This document shows positions 50,835 to 63,530 of a DNA stretch of 64,000 nt, one piece after another. Each line of letters opens with the position of its first letter. Within the stretch, counting starts at the first letter, position 1. Source of the stretch: Camelus dromedarius. Lineage: Eukaryota. Under the pieces are notes generated by a model. That model had not been told where the DNA came from. It saw only the letters and a program-made list of their open reading frames with translations, and did no database searches. The DNA is taken from NCBI RefSeq assembly GCF_036321535.1, contig NC_087437.1, positions 88,352,001-88,416,000 on the forward strand, written 5' to 3'. The translations under genes were made by a program, and so were the position numbers.

Positions 50835-52695
50835 TCTTTTTATTGAAACATAACATACAAGAAAAAGTGCAAAGATTATTAAGTGTTCAAATTGATACAT
50901 TTTTATAAATTGAACCTTTGTAGGCCCCAAGAAGATCAAAATAAATAACATTATTAATACCCTAGAAGACTCTTACTTATCAGTCCCACTTCCAAAGTTA
51001 ACCACTATTCTGACTTCTATCACCATACATTCTTTTTGCCTCTTTTGAAACCTGACCAAATCATATGTAGGTACATTTGTGAGTTTGGCTTTTTATTCAA
51101 TATTATATCTCCAAGATTTGTCCATTTTGTTGAACATATCAGCAGTTGTTTATACTGCTGTGGACTATTCCATTTATAAATATAACATTTATTTACCCAC
51201 ATTACTGTTGATGGACTTTTAGTTTGTTTGAAGTTATAGACTATTAAAATAGTGCTAGTATGAAAATTCTTACACATGTCTGTTGATGCACAAATGTACA
51301 TCTCTATCTAGCTGTCTAATCTATTTGTGTATTTTCAGAGTGGAAATGATGGCATATATGGTACATATCTATATATGTTCTGATTTCGTAGATACTGGCA
51401 AATGTTTTCCAAGCTAATTTTTCTTCCAGGGTATATACTGCTGCTGGCGGTGGTTAAATGTTAGTTATTCCAGTAGATCTGTATTGGTGTTTCTTTAGTT
51501 TACATTCCACTAAGGATTATGATACTGAACAACTTTTCATGTGCTTGCCATCCATATATCTTCTTTTGTCAAATTGGATTTTTTTGTCTTATCATTGGCA
51601 AATGAAATTTCTTTAAATATTCTGGGTACAAATATGTATTTTGTAATACTGCCATTTTGTGGCTTGTCTTTTTATTTTTGTAACCATGTTTTTTGAAGTG
51701 TGCAAGTGTTAAATATGAAGTCCAATTTATGAATTTTATGTTTTTTGAGATGCTTTTTGAGACCTAGCTAAGGCATTTTTGTCTAAAACAAGATTACAAA
51801 GATTTTATTCTATGTTTTATTCCAGAAGCTTTTTGGTTTAGATTTTAATTAAATCTGTTATCCATTTGGAGTTATTATTTTTATATCATACAAGGTAAAA
51901 AATTGAGTTTTTTTTGTATATAAATGTTCATTTGTTTTAGCAATGCTTATTGAAAAGATTATTCTTTTTCTATTCAATTATCTGGGCACTTTTTTGGCTT
52001 GAAAGTCAATTGACCATGTTTGTCACTTTGTGGGGATCTTCTTTTCAGAAGTGCCTATTCCATTTTGTTTGTGTTCTTTATCTCCTACTGCTTTGTAGAA
52101 TTTTTTTTTTTTTTACATATTATGAATATGATTCCTTCATTGGACAAATTGAAGTTACTTTTTTTAACTTTGCATCTTGATTTTTCACTATGTTAAAGAT
52201 GTATTTTGATGAATAAGTTCTTAATAAAGTCCAATTTATCACTTGTCTTTATGTTTAGTGCTTTTTGTGATCTGTTTAGATATCTCTGCCTCTCCCAAGG
52301 TTGAGAAGATGTCCTTTTATTTTTCCAAAGCTTTATTGTTTACTTTCATGTTTATGTCTACAATCCAAGAATTGCTTTCTGTGTCATTTAAGCATCAACA
52401 TTCACTTTTTTCTCCATATGGATGTTCATCAGTTCAAACAGAATTTATTCTTAAGAGCATCCTTTTCTCACTTGAGTGTACTTGCACATTTGCCATGAAT
52501 CAGGTAAATATATCCCTATGCATCATTCTGTACTCTCAGTTCTGTTCCAATTGTCTATTTCCAATTGTCTGTCTCTTATACAAAGTGTTTAACATCTGGT
52601 AGGATAAATGCTCCAATTTTATTATTCAAGATTGTCTTGGCTATTCCTGGCCCTTTGAACTTTTCTGTAATTTTTGAAATCAAATTGTCTGTTTT
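50835..52695 (-). mobile_element. Old L1M fragments (3' UTR and ORF2)
   Basis: ttttattgaaacataacataca...ttattgaaaagatt...ttcaagattgtcttggctattcctggccc. Confidence 0.8.
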
Positions 52696-53019
52696 AACTA
52701 TTATATATCTTATTATTAGTTTTCATAATAATTAATCTGCTTTTTAAAATCTCCACACTAGACAGGCTGAAAAGTCTACTATTTGTGTGACAAGTTATTT
52801 TTAAATATCAATGTGAAATATTCCAATTATTTGGATCCCAACAGAGGTCTTTAAAAAACATCAGTAAGAAAAGTGATTTTATGTTCTGTAGTCATTTGAA
52901 AACGGTGCTAAATTTGCCAAACTTCCCTAACATCAAAGTGCTAAAAATAAAACGTCAACAACAATCTGTGCAGCAAAAGAGAGACTATAGTTCTAGGGAA
53001 AATAAAACACCTCAGTGCC

Positions 53020-53165
53020 CTTAAGCGTGGTAGTTGAAGTGCCTATGGGGTTTGTGAGAAGTCCCTCAGGTGGGCGGGGAGTAACGGGGCAAACGTTTTG
53101 CAGAGCCGAGCTCTGCTTCCGCCCATCTGCGAGCGAGTCGGAGTCAGGGGGGCGCCTCACTGCAA
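53020..53165. promoter_or_regulatory. Small isolated CpG/GC-rich element
   Basis: CpG cluster in AT-rich, non-repeat context. GGGCGG boxes on both strands, MYB core TAACGG 53082-53087, partial CTCF-like CAGGGGGGCGCC. Confidence 0.4.
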
Positions 53166-54129
53166 GTTATTGTTATCAAGTCAACAAGCTTGAGCCTTGC
53201 TGATAGTTTTATATGTGTGGTCCTTCTCGGTGACAGAAGATTCTCATCTTGCCTCCTACCATTTAACCTTTAGATAACTACTTTCAGTTTTCTGCAATTA
53301 GTATTAAAAATTTTTCTTAATGCGTAAGAAACATTTTTCAAAGAAATCTGTGCCAAGCCTCTCTATAACATAGGCTTTAGTATGGAAGGCGATGTATTTA
53401 GACAAACACATTTTTATCAGTCTTGTAAGAGGTGGGAGGTTTTGAGATGACATTTAAAAAAAAAATCCAGATTACAAAGAATGTTTAAGCGATTCCTGAA
53501 TAACGAGAAATAGCCTGAGGAAATTCCATACCTGACTGCTGCCTGTTAGAAACAAAAGAAACTGTTATTGCCCAAAGATTTCGTGAATTCTATCAAATTT
53601 AAAATACACAGATTATTTCAAATTTGAGGATGTTGAAGATCAACTATTATTTACAGCCCCTAATACCGTGTTTTGAATTGATTTAATGTATTTTTGCCTA
53701 TTTTTAAGATTTCTTTCTCTTGATCTTTATTAACCTTCTTGTACCTGGCCTGCATTTCTGCTTCACTTAAAGCTCTCAGCTTGGTGATTCCTGAATCAGT
53801 CCATGACTGGTTTTAGATCAGATTATGATGAGGCTGCTTTGAAAATGTAAAAGCAGTGGTTTCCCTCCTGCAATTAAATGTTTCTCCCATGAAGAGTTTG
53901 TTTTTTATCCACTCTGGGATTATTATAATGAGCTGGTCTATTAGGCTGGTCTTTTATTTACAAACATAAATATGTGGCCATCCCAGAAGACCTTCACAGT
54001 GCGTAAGCTGTGGGTTTTGGCTAATTAAAAGCTTTTCAAAATAAGAAAGTGATTTATTGTGATTTTGGAGAAGGACTACTTTTAACTAACAATTAAATAT
54101 CTCTAGTGGCTCTTATTATTTTTAAAAAT

Positions 54130-54650
54130 TTTATCCTGGGTCAATGTTAGCAATTTTTTTCTAGAAAATTATCCATTACACTAATTATTTGAATTTATCG
54201 ATGTAAGATTTTAACTATCTTTATAAAATATTAAAATATTTACTATCTCTTCTGTCATTTTTTTACCCTACTATTGAACCTCTTGTGTTTTTAATTAATT
54301 AATTTTTTTAAATCTTGGTTTTTAGATATTGGTTAATTTTATTAGTCTGTTCAAAAACTGTTTTCTTCAAATATATTGTTGAGATTCTGTTTGTTTTTCG
54401 TAAATTCTCACTCAATAATTTCTGCTTTATTTTTATTATTTCCTTCCACTTTATCTGAATTTGCTCCATTAGTGATTTACACTCTGATTTGAATGTTTCT
54501 CCTTTTATTTCCAACCTTGCGTTTTTAGTACCCTGAATATCACTTATTTTTAAGTACAGCTTTAGATACTTCCCACAAGTTTAGTTGTTACTTTCATTGT
54601 CATTTGATTCCAAACATTTTGAAATTTCTTTTTGGGCTTTCTTTTTACCA
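54130..54650 (-). mobile_element. Old L1 ORF2 fragment
   Basis: Lys/Ile-rich minus ORF EIIKIKQKL...KKTVFEQTNKINQYL resembles L1 ORF2 EIIKIRAE...KSWFFEKINKIDKPL. Confidence 0.7.
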
Positions 54651-54674
54651 ATAAAATATCTAAAATGGAAGGCA

Positions 54675-54880
54675 CCATGGTGTGGGGGATGCAGAGGCTG
54701 GGCATGATGCTGCTGTGTTCAGTCCAGGTTCTACACTTACTGTATCTGAGAACATAGGCAAGTTAATTATCAGCTCTGTGTCTCGGTTCTCTCACCCAGA
54801 AAAAGTGGCTAAAGGAAATTGCTTCATGTGGTTGTTACGAGGACTAAGTGAAGGGATATCTGACCAGCACCTTGAATAGG
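54675..54880 (+). mobile_element. MIR
   Basis: cacttactgtatctgagaacataggcaagtta...tctgtgtctcggtt. Confidence 0.7.
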
Positions 54881-57149
54881 GCCACTGAGAAGAGAACTCC
54901 TAGCTTTCTCCGCCTGCTTCCAGACCATTTATCCACTTCCACATCCTTCGTCTTTGCCTTTTTGTCTTTCTCTCTTTCATGGTGACATACTTTATTCTAA
55001 AACATGTGTGCATGCATGAGCACACAGATACATGCTTTTAAAGTATTTTATCCATAACTTCTGTATTTGGAACAGAGTAGGTCCTCAAAGAATAACTTAA
55101 AAAAAAAGAAATTCTTACTAGGAAGTCCACAAAAAGGACTCTTAGAGTGTCAACCTTCCAATTAGTTCTCTGAGAATTTTCTGACTCCCCAGAGAGATGG
55201 CAGTGATGACCAGGAAAGTTTGGTAACCGTTTGAAGAAATTATGAATGCTTTCATAGAAAAAAATACTCAACTATAACTTTAACTTTACCTTTTTCCCAA
55301 ACCTCCCCAAGAGTTATCAGTATACATTAGGAATGGTTGCATTAAAAATTAGATATAGGTTAGATTTGACTTTCTACTTTATAAGAGAGAAAAATTTGAT
55401 TTGAAATTTCTAATAAAGAGTTGTATTTCTTACACTTTATTTTCAGAGGGTAAAAACCATGGCTGCTCTTTACAGTCATACAAATCTTTAAAAGTATTTT
55501 TTATAAGAAAGCAAAAATGTTCATGGCACTTAGGTTGAAATGAAAATATATCCATGTGACAGGCAGAAACAAAACTCAATATGAAAACACCTAAAAGTGA
55601 TGCTTGGCAGGTTTATCATCCGTTGTAACAACAATGTTAGTTTTGTTCTGTCATATCAGAACTAGTGTGATGGCATTGTGTATTTTTAAAATGAAAGGTT
55701 GAAAGCTTATGAAAGCAAAGCAAACATTATACCAAAGAACAAAAATGAATGCTGTCTGTCTTAAGATACGTTCTATTTTGTGAGAGGTGGAACGAAATCT
55801 AGAATCAGCACTCTTTGTTAGAAAAATCAAAATTGCAAATGATAGACTTATGGTTCATCTTTTAATATATGGGAACATTAATTTTTCTACATTTTCAAAA
55901 TATTGCGAAGACTCCATAATGCTACCTCTGAATAAATTATAAGGTTGAAAAACAGCTGATTCCATCCTGAGACTAATTAAGGGTGCTGGAGATTAAGAAG
56001 CAGGGTACCGGGGATGAGCAAATGTGATAGAACTATCACTCCTTTGATCCTCTCTTCCCAGCCCTGGAAAGGTAAGGATTTGGTGGGGAAAATTTAAGCC
56101 TGGTCTTGGAAGGAACAAGTTCCAATTTTATCTTATCTTAAAAGTTGGCACATAAAACTTAGCTGAACCATGTGGGGTGTAGGTGTGAAGTAGAGCAAAA
56201 TATGGATAGAATGGTCTTCACAAATGGCCCCTTTTAAAAGTGTTCAGAAGTTATATATTGATGATAGTTACACCTATGATTGAAAAAATCTTTCAAGGAA
56301 GCAGTGTGGATATCCAGTTAAAATGGCAGAGGTCAAATAGTGAAACATTATGATAGCAGTAAAAATGTGATGCTATTTTATCTGCTATTCTCCTGTTAAT
56401 CAAAGATTCAGGTCCATCCCACAGCAGGTACTCTTTCTGGCCAGCACTAGACACTGACTAGATCACTCATGGCCACACTGATTGCCATCAAGATTCTGAG
56501 CTAATATATTGCCTTGTTATCTTCCTGACATCTCTTTCTGAATTTTTCTCTCATTTCTAGTTTTCTCTTTCTCTTCACTGACCCACCTCCAGTCTCAATC
56601 AGCATCTCAACACAGTAACATTTAGCTTTTGGCTAAATTCCTCCAACCCTACCCAGATCTACCCTCTCATTTTTAATTTTCTTTTATCTCCTCCAGCCCT
56701 AATTAACATATTTTGCCTTAAGTATGTTAAACTAGAGCTAAATCCTAATTTAATTCTCTAGAGCAGTCAACACTGAGATGAATTAATTCATTTAAGGCTT
56801 TGCATTTAAAAGGGAGTATTATTATGACATCAAATAATGAATGGTTATTGGGAGGTTCTTATGAAGTATGTGTGATGCAATTATGAAATCAGTCATGTAA
56901 GACCACACCCCTCTCCCCACTCTTCATCTCCAAAAATGGAATTCACAGGTCTCAGCAAAACAAAGCTTTGCAAAGTAGAAATTAAGTTGAGAATCACAAT
57001 TTCATAAATGTTGATGAACTATAATTCAAAATTTATTCCAGCTCATCAAGTCAACAATCAATTTACAAATTCTTTACTAAAATAATACATTTCAAACTAA
57101 AATAGGTTATTCTTTTTTTTTTTTTGTTTTTAAATAAATTTCTATTTTT

Positions 57150-57303
57150 AAAAGAATCTGTAGAGGACAAGAGTTCATCAAGTTCAAAATATAGTAAGAC
57201 CATGCCTAACTGCCTTTGAAACATAACTACAAAATCTCAAAGGGAACCAAATTCTAATTGGACGCAAAGAAACTCAAACTCCAACGCTATACTATAGGGC
57301 CAC
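57150..57303 (-). pseudogene. Possible pseudo-exon
   Basis: Follows attag. CFKGS(fs)GMVLLYFEL weakly resembles a recalled RGSL1 isoform segment CIGGVRGMWRFYSYL. Position is colinear. Confidence 0.25.
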
Positions 57304-57849
57304 CTAATTACATGATATTAAAGAGAAGGGGAAAATCTGATCTGAAAGTAGAGCAGGACAAAGAATTTATTTTCCTCCTAAATTAGAGAGAAGTTTGCAG
57401 AAATGTTTAAGGAGTGTTATGAAGCTTGTGAAGGCAAGGAGAGCTTGACTTCACTATCTTCATTTGCCTTATTTGCATTTTAGAAAACAAGTAACATCCT
57501 CCATATGTATAAAAATAATTTGAAGGTCATGAAACAAAAACCTCATGGGAATAAAATAAAGGAAAAGAGAAGACATTATTATAGAAAAGAAAAAAATTAT
57601 TCATGATAATAATATTAATAAATTTTACTGTATTATGCTATTGAAGTTAATAAAAACTGACAGTGTAGCCAGCTGGCTACATTAATCTCTCCCAACTATT
57701 ACCCCTGTGTTTTAATGTTTGAAGACATCTTTATGTCGTTAGGAGTGACAAGCTTAAGAGACATCTATTTAAAATCTTAAGAAACTTAAAATGGACATAG
57801 AATGGTGGAAGTGAAAAAGCATTTAATTAGGAGTTAGAATTCCTGGCTT

Positions 57850-57916
57850 CTCATCAAGAAACTTAAGTCCTATAAACTTAAACTCATCAAGAAACAGAGT
57901 CCTATAAACTCTAAAC
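57850..57916. repeat. Imperfect ~33-bp tandem duplication
   Basis: ctcatcaagaaac..agtcctataaact occurs twice. Confidence 0.8.
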
Positions 57917-59118
57917 CATCCAGAAGAGCCTGGTTGGTGTTTCTGTTTGTTTTTTTGTTTTTACAATAATACTCCTCAAATAGTGAGTTTCCCTTAGGTA
58001 TTCAGGTTTACCTTAGTGTATTCTCATTTCCTCCTGTATACCTTTTCCTCAACTAGGAAAATGTTTATTGGAGAGCAAACAAGTTTATAGGCATGACCCG
58101 TTCATTGCAATTAAAAAGAGAAAAATAAATGTAGAAATAAAAAGCTCAGTAAAGCAGAAGAATGAGTAGAATTAGAGGATTTTGCAGTGAAACAATCCTG
58201 AAAGGAGTAAAAGATGCTGAAAAACATGTGAACTTAGGCCTTAGAATTGCAGTCATATAGCTATTAGGAGAGAAGCCGGTAAGACACGTAAAGAAGAGTG
58301 GCAGAGCCAGACCAAAGTTCTCAAATGTTTGGTGTGTGAAGTACTTCATACTATTTGTGTGAAGTCCTTGTGGGTGACACACTGAATGGAAATACAGTTT
58401 TCAAAGTACATATGTAATCATGTCTATCTGACTGGCTTCAATGAAGATTGCTTGGAGCTTTTGCCCTCTGAAGCACTCAAATTATTATTTGCCTCTAGAG
58501 ATGATGGTTGAATGCTAGAGTTAGACAAAAATCCCACGTCCTTCTGTTAGGAAAGCATTGGGAATCCGGGCAGATTTCTCTATCTCTCAACTTCACTATC
58601 TTTCTCTCACATACACAATTACTCATATACTTCTTAATATTTCTATTACCAGCAACAAAGCAAGAAATATTATAAAAAATCTCATGGAAAATAGAAAAAA
58701 TTAACTTTCCAGTGAATAAAAATTCCATTATTATAAAGTAAAGTTGTTATTAATTTGCTTATTTATTTATAACCCATCTATTCCTCAAAGGAATGGAAGT
58801 GGCTAATTTAGGATGTGTTGATTATTTCTTTATTTAGTGTGCTATAGTCATTGTGTTATTTTTGTTAAACTTTTGAAAGCATCATTTTCTAATAGCTTCA
58901 CTCACTTGTCAAATTCCCAGTCTTATTTTTGGTTCACAAGATCAGAAGTATTTTAATTGTATAAGAATTTTAGAGATGGATCCTAAGTTAGCAGTAGAAT
59001 ATTCTGTGTGGCTGTGTCTCTCCCAAAGTAGCTGACACACACAAGAAGGACTGTGAAGAACTGGAGTAGGAGGAAGAAAGTCAGTGAAGCACCGTGTAAA
59101 TATGGCAGATAATTGTAC

Positions 59119-59446
59119 CTGGAAAAGGCCTGTAGTGATTCCAAAGCTTTCAAATACCTGTCTTTACATACATTTAGAAGTTGAACATAAAATATGGAGG
59201 AAAGAAGTCTGTCAGAGTTGGTCACTTTCTCGGTTGACAATGCTTTTAAGATTTTTATTATATTCCCTACTTAGTCTTGTATTGTCTCAGCAACTAACAA
59301 GGAAATCATTTGAAAATAGCTTCGGTTGATGATCCAAGAGTTTTGATGAAAAGTAAAAGTTTTCCACTTCCTCAAATTCCTGATCAAACAAGCTGTGGCT
59401 ATTTTGTAATTTATAAAAAGCAATGCCCTTAAGTGCCCACATTGTG
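59119..59446 (-). pseudogene. Pseudo-exon, N-terminal region
   Basis: One frame reads FYKLQNSHSLF (RGSL1 FYTVENSQWSLW), LSRE (RGS22 CLSREEG) and FLHILC (RGSL1 FHYILC), with 3 in-frame stops. Candidate donors at 59158 or 59119. Confidence 0.62.
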
Positions 59447-59449
59447 CTG

Positions 59450-60090
59450 AAATACAATTTCCTCATAAGAGGAACCAAGGCTCCTTTGGAGAACAGGCTG
59501 ATTTCAGGGCTGGGAAGGACACATACAAGATGAGATGGTAACAAGTCACACCAAGTAGCAAAGGCTTGTACTCAAAATGCTCACATGAAGAGGCTCTCAC
59601 TGACTAAAAATTGGACAGTTCAATCATCAAAACAGATTATAACTACAAAAGATTCCATCACATCAAATATATTTAGATCTTTGGGTTTATAATGATAGTT
59701 AGAAATATTAACTAATAGCTCACTATTAGACCATGTCAGTGAACTAACCCATTACTTTGAGAACTGAAACAAAGAGAGGAAGATTCAAGCATAGACGAAC
59801 AGTTGCACACATCCCCAAAAGAGAGAAGACCATATATTATGTGTCTCAGGATGGAAGAAGATAACACTGCTTTTGAAGTAGTCTTGTAAAAATGAGAGAA
59901 ATAAAAACTGAATGCAAATTTGATGCAATCTACAAAATCCAGACTGAGCAATTTCAGAAGGCATACTGCTCTGTTTCTCCAACCAAGAAATTTCACGGGG
60001 GAGAAAGGAGATGGAGAATATGCCACTAGATAAAAAGAGAATTAATCAATTGCAATACTTGGACCTTTTAGGCTTATGCTGATTCCATGA
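59450..60090 (+). mobile_element. Old L1M (L1ME-like) 3' fragment
   Basis: ggaaccaaggctcctttggagaa...aaatccagactgag...aatcaattgcaat. Confidence 0.65.
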
Positions 60091-60990
60091 GATAGCATTA
60101 GATTAAGACATTTCCCACTGTTCCTGGCACAGAGAATGCTCCACAATTATTATTTCTTCATAGAAAAGAAGGAAAACTCTTCTCTATTTTTGCCTTTTGG
60201 ACGTATTAAAAGGTAACAGAACAGTGTAAATTATTTTCAACAAATTGAGTAGAACATATTATTTTGAAGGGTGTACATATTGTTTGACTTTTCTCTAAAA
60301 TCTGTTCTTAGGTCTTAATATTTTTGAAGTATCAGTAATATTACAGATAGACACCTTCCTGAATTTAGCAATAGAGAATATCACTTTTCTCTCAGCAATC
60401 TAAAAGAAATGTGAGAATGGATAACATCTGACTTTCCATGACTAGTTTATTATGACCTTTACTGAAGAAACTCTATTTTAAATCTTGGGATTTTCCCAAT
60501 GTCACTTCCATCTTGTTATAATATTTGACTTTCTATAAACAACCTCTTTCAATATTATTAACTGGTGACACCGATTATTTTTGCTAGAATTTGCTTATTT
60601 GCTTTTGTCTTCTAACTTGTTACATAACTGTTTTCTCTTAAGTACTGCAATTTTTTTCATTGTTAGTGTTAACATCTAGGGAAATGTTTCCAAAAGAATA
60701 GGGAAAAGGCTTTACGCTAGAGTCACAACATTATCTAATTAATAGAAAATAAAATTCATGTAGACATCCTTAGAATATGTATGATCTTTCAGGTGGAATA
60801 TAATTACTCAAAACAAGTTAGAGAAGCAGAGGCCAACAAATTTTAATTCTGAAAATGTTATTATCAGCAAGGCCACTATGAGAATTCTTCTTTCAGATGC
60901 TTCTTGGTAACCTAAATATTTGAAATATGATATAAATGTTTGTGGCATATAGATGTGTGTGTGTACACATACAGGTATGAATAAACTTAC

Positions 60991-61118
60991 CAGGTATTCT
61001 GAATGCCATAGTAGTTGACATTGGTATTTATTTTGCTGACCACTCTCTGAATTCCCTTTATAATCTGAAGGAACTTCCTCTGTGTCATCTTTGGTGGGAG
61101 GCTGAGCCTGTTTTCCTG
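60991..61118 (-). pseudogene. Pseudo-exon, N-terminal region
   Basis: Acceptor ctttgtttttatag and donor CTG|gtaagt. Reads AGKQAQPPT..., and with frameshifts VNYY/AFRIP, resembling RGS22 AEPPT...VDYFNEFLSLP. Confidence 0.55.
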
Positions 61119-61407
61119 CTATAAAAACAAAGGGGGCTGGCCATTTCCTCTTCCCACCGTCTAGCACTGGTTTAGTGCATACTTCTACGTGAGTCTCTGC
61201 ATTCAGAGGGAACAAAATCAAGATGCCAGGATAGCTAAAGTTTATTCACTGTGGCCATGGCAAAGTCTCAAGTCCAGGGATAATGGCGGCAGGTGTCAGG
61301 AGTGGGCAGGGGAGGCATGTGCCCAGGGGTCAGGATACTTGCAATAGTGCCTTAACCATTCTTTCTTGCGGTACCGCCTTGGCTGCATTCTCCGCTGCCT
61401 AGATTTC

Positions 61408-61535
61408 TGTGTTAGTCTGGGTTTTCTAAGGGAACAGAACCAATGGGACTTCTATCCTCCCAAACTATGAGAATAAATTTCTTTCGTTTCAGTACTAGTT
61501 TGTGGTACTTTTTTACAGCAGCCTAGAAAACTAAC
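61408..61535. mobile_element. Adjacent MLT2 and MLT1 LTR fragments
   Basis: tgtgttagtctgggttttct...aacagaaccaatggga followed by gagaataaatttct...tttgtggtactt...acagcagcctagaaaactaa. Confidence 0.65.
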
Positions 61536-61604
61536 TTAAAGCCTTTATTACTTTTATAACTAGAAAGTTTGTTTAGTAGTGCTTTTATCTGGTGTGCTTT
61601 GGAA

Positions 61605-61930
61605 AAGTAGTTCTCAGCCCTATCAAATTCTTTTTTAATAGCAAATATTTTATAAATCCATTTTTACTATCCTGAAATAAAATTCGTGGGTAATTACAAC
61701 CCACCTATATAATTTGATAAAACACCAATTATTTTATACCAATATTTTATGTACCAAAATTATAAAAATACCAATATTATGTCTTGATAGTATCCTAATC
61801 AATGTAAAACATTAATTTATAATGAAGTAATAAATATTTCAATGTCTAAATATCTCAGAAAGACTTCAGTAGAAGTTATAGAGAAGTAGTTTGTCAAGTG
61901 TTCACATCATGAGCAAAATATGTAGTTTCA
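61605..61930. mobile_element. hAT-Charlie (Charlie4-like) fragment
   Basis: agtagttctca...tttactatcctgaaataaaattc. Confidence 0.5.
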
Positions 61931-63339
61931 CACAGGTTTTTGTTGTTGTTTTATTAATGATTCAAATACCCTGAGCAGCATTACAATTTGTGTTATGACT
62001 TTTCTAAAATAGTTAACAACTATTGTTGCTTTCCAACAAACAAAATACAGCCACTCCTTAGTTTTCATGGTAATTTCATCATTTACTTGATGAAACCATG
62101 CTAAGTTATCAAAAATCAGATTAATGATCACCTTCTTCTTGGACTCATTAACAAAATTAAGTCATAGTTATTCCTTCCTTGTATTTCCCTGTACCTGAAC
62201 CTGTCCCTTTTCATCCATGGATGTGTGTATATGTGCAGCCTGATGCTAACAGAGCTTTAATAAAAAGTTACCAAGTGTTTTTTGTTCAGTAAGAGTGAGA
62301 AGATCTCATAGTGGCTAATATGTTGGGCACTTGGATATAGGAGATGTGCAGAAGACACATCTCTGACCCTTCATTTAGCTGAGTGAGACTTAGGCTGAGA
62401 CCACTCAACTCTAGGGTCCCAGCCAAAGCCCATTGGCAGGAAGAAGCTGTGAAGCATTAAAAATTCTGTTTAACCACAAAAGTAAAGCAAAATAAAATCA
62501 GTGTGCTAACCATGGTGCTGAACTAGAGAGAAAATGGGCTGACTGGTTGTTCAGGGTTTATGAAGAAGCAGACACCTCATGTTATTTTCCTTCAGCCCTC
62601 CTGAGTTTATTTTATGCCCTGGGAAATAGCAGTGTTTGTGAATTGCATAGTGATTTAGTCACCTCTAAAAGCTGTTGTACATGAGGCCCGCATGTAGGAG
62701 GATTGCTTGGGTATCTAGCAGGATGTGCCTATCACAGCTGAATCTGGGTAGAGGAGCGGAGAAAACCTTGACTTTACAAGATCTGGCTGCTGGTCCCCTT
62801 TGCAAGATCACTCTTCATCAGAAAGAGCTAAACCCCTTTGCAGAATTATCAGCACCATTGTATAATGATACCCTCCACTGGGGCCATCATTTGAGTAATG
62901 TGTCATGAATGGCTTCTGCAGGGGATAGCAGCTTCCTGAAATAAAACCAAATCAGGCAGACATTTTTCCTTCTCCTAATCATTGAAAACTTCAGGGGCGG
63001 AGGCGGGGTGGTGGTTTTAGCACACAAAAAGAAGCTTAGAAAGGAACTCTGCTGAGGTTGGTAAGACTTGTAGGTAATACCAGCTGGTGGGACATATTTT
63101 TTGCACTTACGTTATCAAGCCCTGATTTGTTTAGATATCTTTAAATTCTAGTCTCTTCTTTTGCTCTGTGTTTATTCCCACTTCCATTTCCTTAAATTCT
63201 TTTAAATAAGGGAGGTCATTTCATTTGGACTTAGTCCATATAATACTTAAACTGACCTATTCCTCTCTTTTTAGTTGTATAAACATTCGTGTAACTTTGA
63301 AATTTCAGCATTTATGTGCAGTCTGTTAAACTTTGAATT

Positions 63340-63530
63340 AATGGTAATAAGAGCTAATATTTATTGAGTACTTGCTATGTAGAAGTTTTATGGGTGAGTC
63401 CTTCATATGAGTCCTCTCATTTAATTCCCATTGAAATGGGAAAGATGAAACTCAGAGTGTTTAGGAAGTTACTCTTAGCAACTATTGGTAGTGGAGCCAG
63501 GACTGAACTTAGATTTGTTCAATTCTGAAG
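63340..63530 (-). mobile_element. MIR
   Basis: gctaatatttattgagtacttgctatgt...gaaactcagag...gtagtggagccagga. Confidence 0.78.

Larger units (their letters stand above)
2078..61118 (-). pseudogene. Multi-exon unprocessed pseudogene of an RGS22/RGSL1-like multi-RGS-domain protein (paralog, not ortholog); may extend beyond the left edge
   Basis: At least 13 minus-strand exon-like segments, many with a pyrimidine-tract AG acceptor and GT donor. Conceptual translations match consecutive regions of RGSL1/RGS22 (recalled) in colinear order, with many stops and frameshifts. Confidence 0.72.

Noticed and set aside
49536..53255. Identical 15-mer TTCTCATCTTGCCTC at 49536-49550 and 53241-53255
   Set aside because: Roughly one such match is expected by chance in 64 kb, and the similarity does not extend.
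12022..59446. By-eye similarity of several pseudo-exon translations to KIAA0825 (QNSH..C*D, LFTT..ELY..SAS, STCLE, NR*)
   Set aside because: The matches are short and some use frames with more stops. They did not predict further exons, whereas the RGSL1/RGS22 model led to additional exons in the expected order. This shows that by-eye matches can mislead, so a real search is needed.
59119..59446. Possible hAT transposase or actin-like remnant
   Set aside because: No TIRs or catalytic motifs; better explained by RGSL1/RGS22 N-terminal motifs.
61928..62131. IVVNYFRKVI as the family's N-terminal VDYF motif
   Set aside because: No suitable splice boundaries; the 60991-61118 exon fits that role better.
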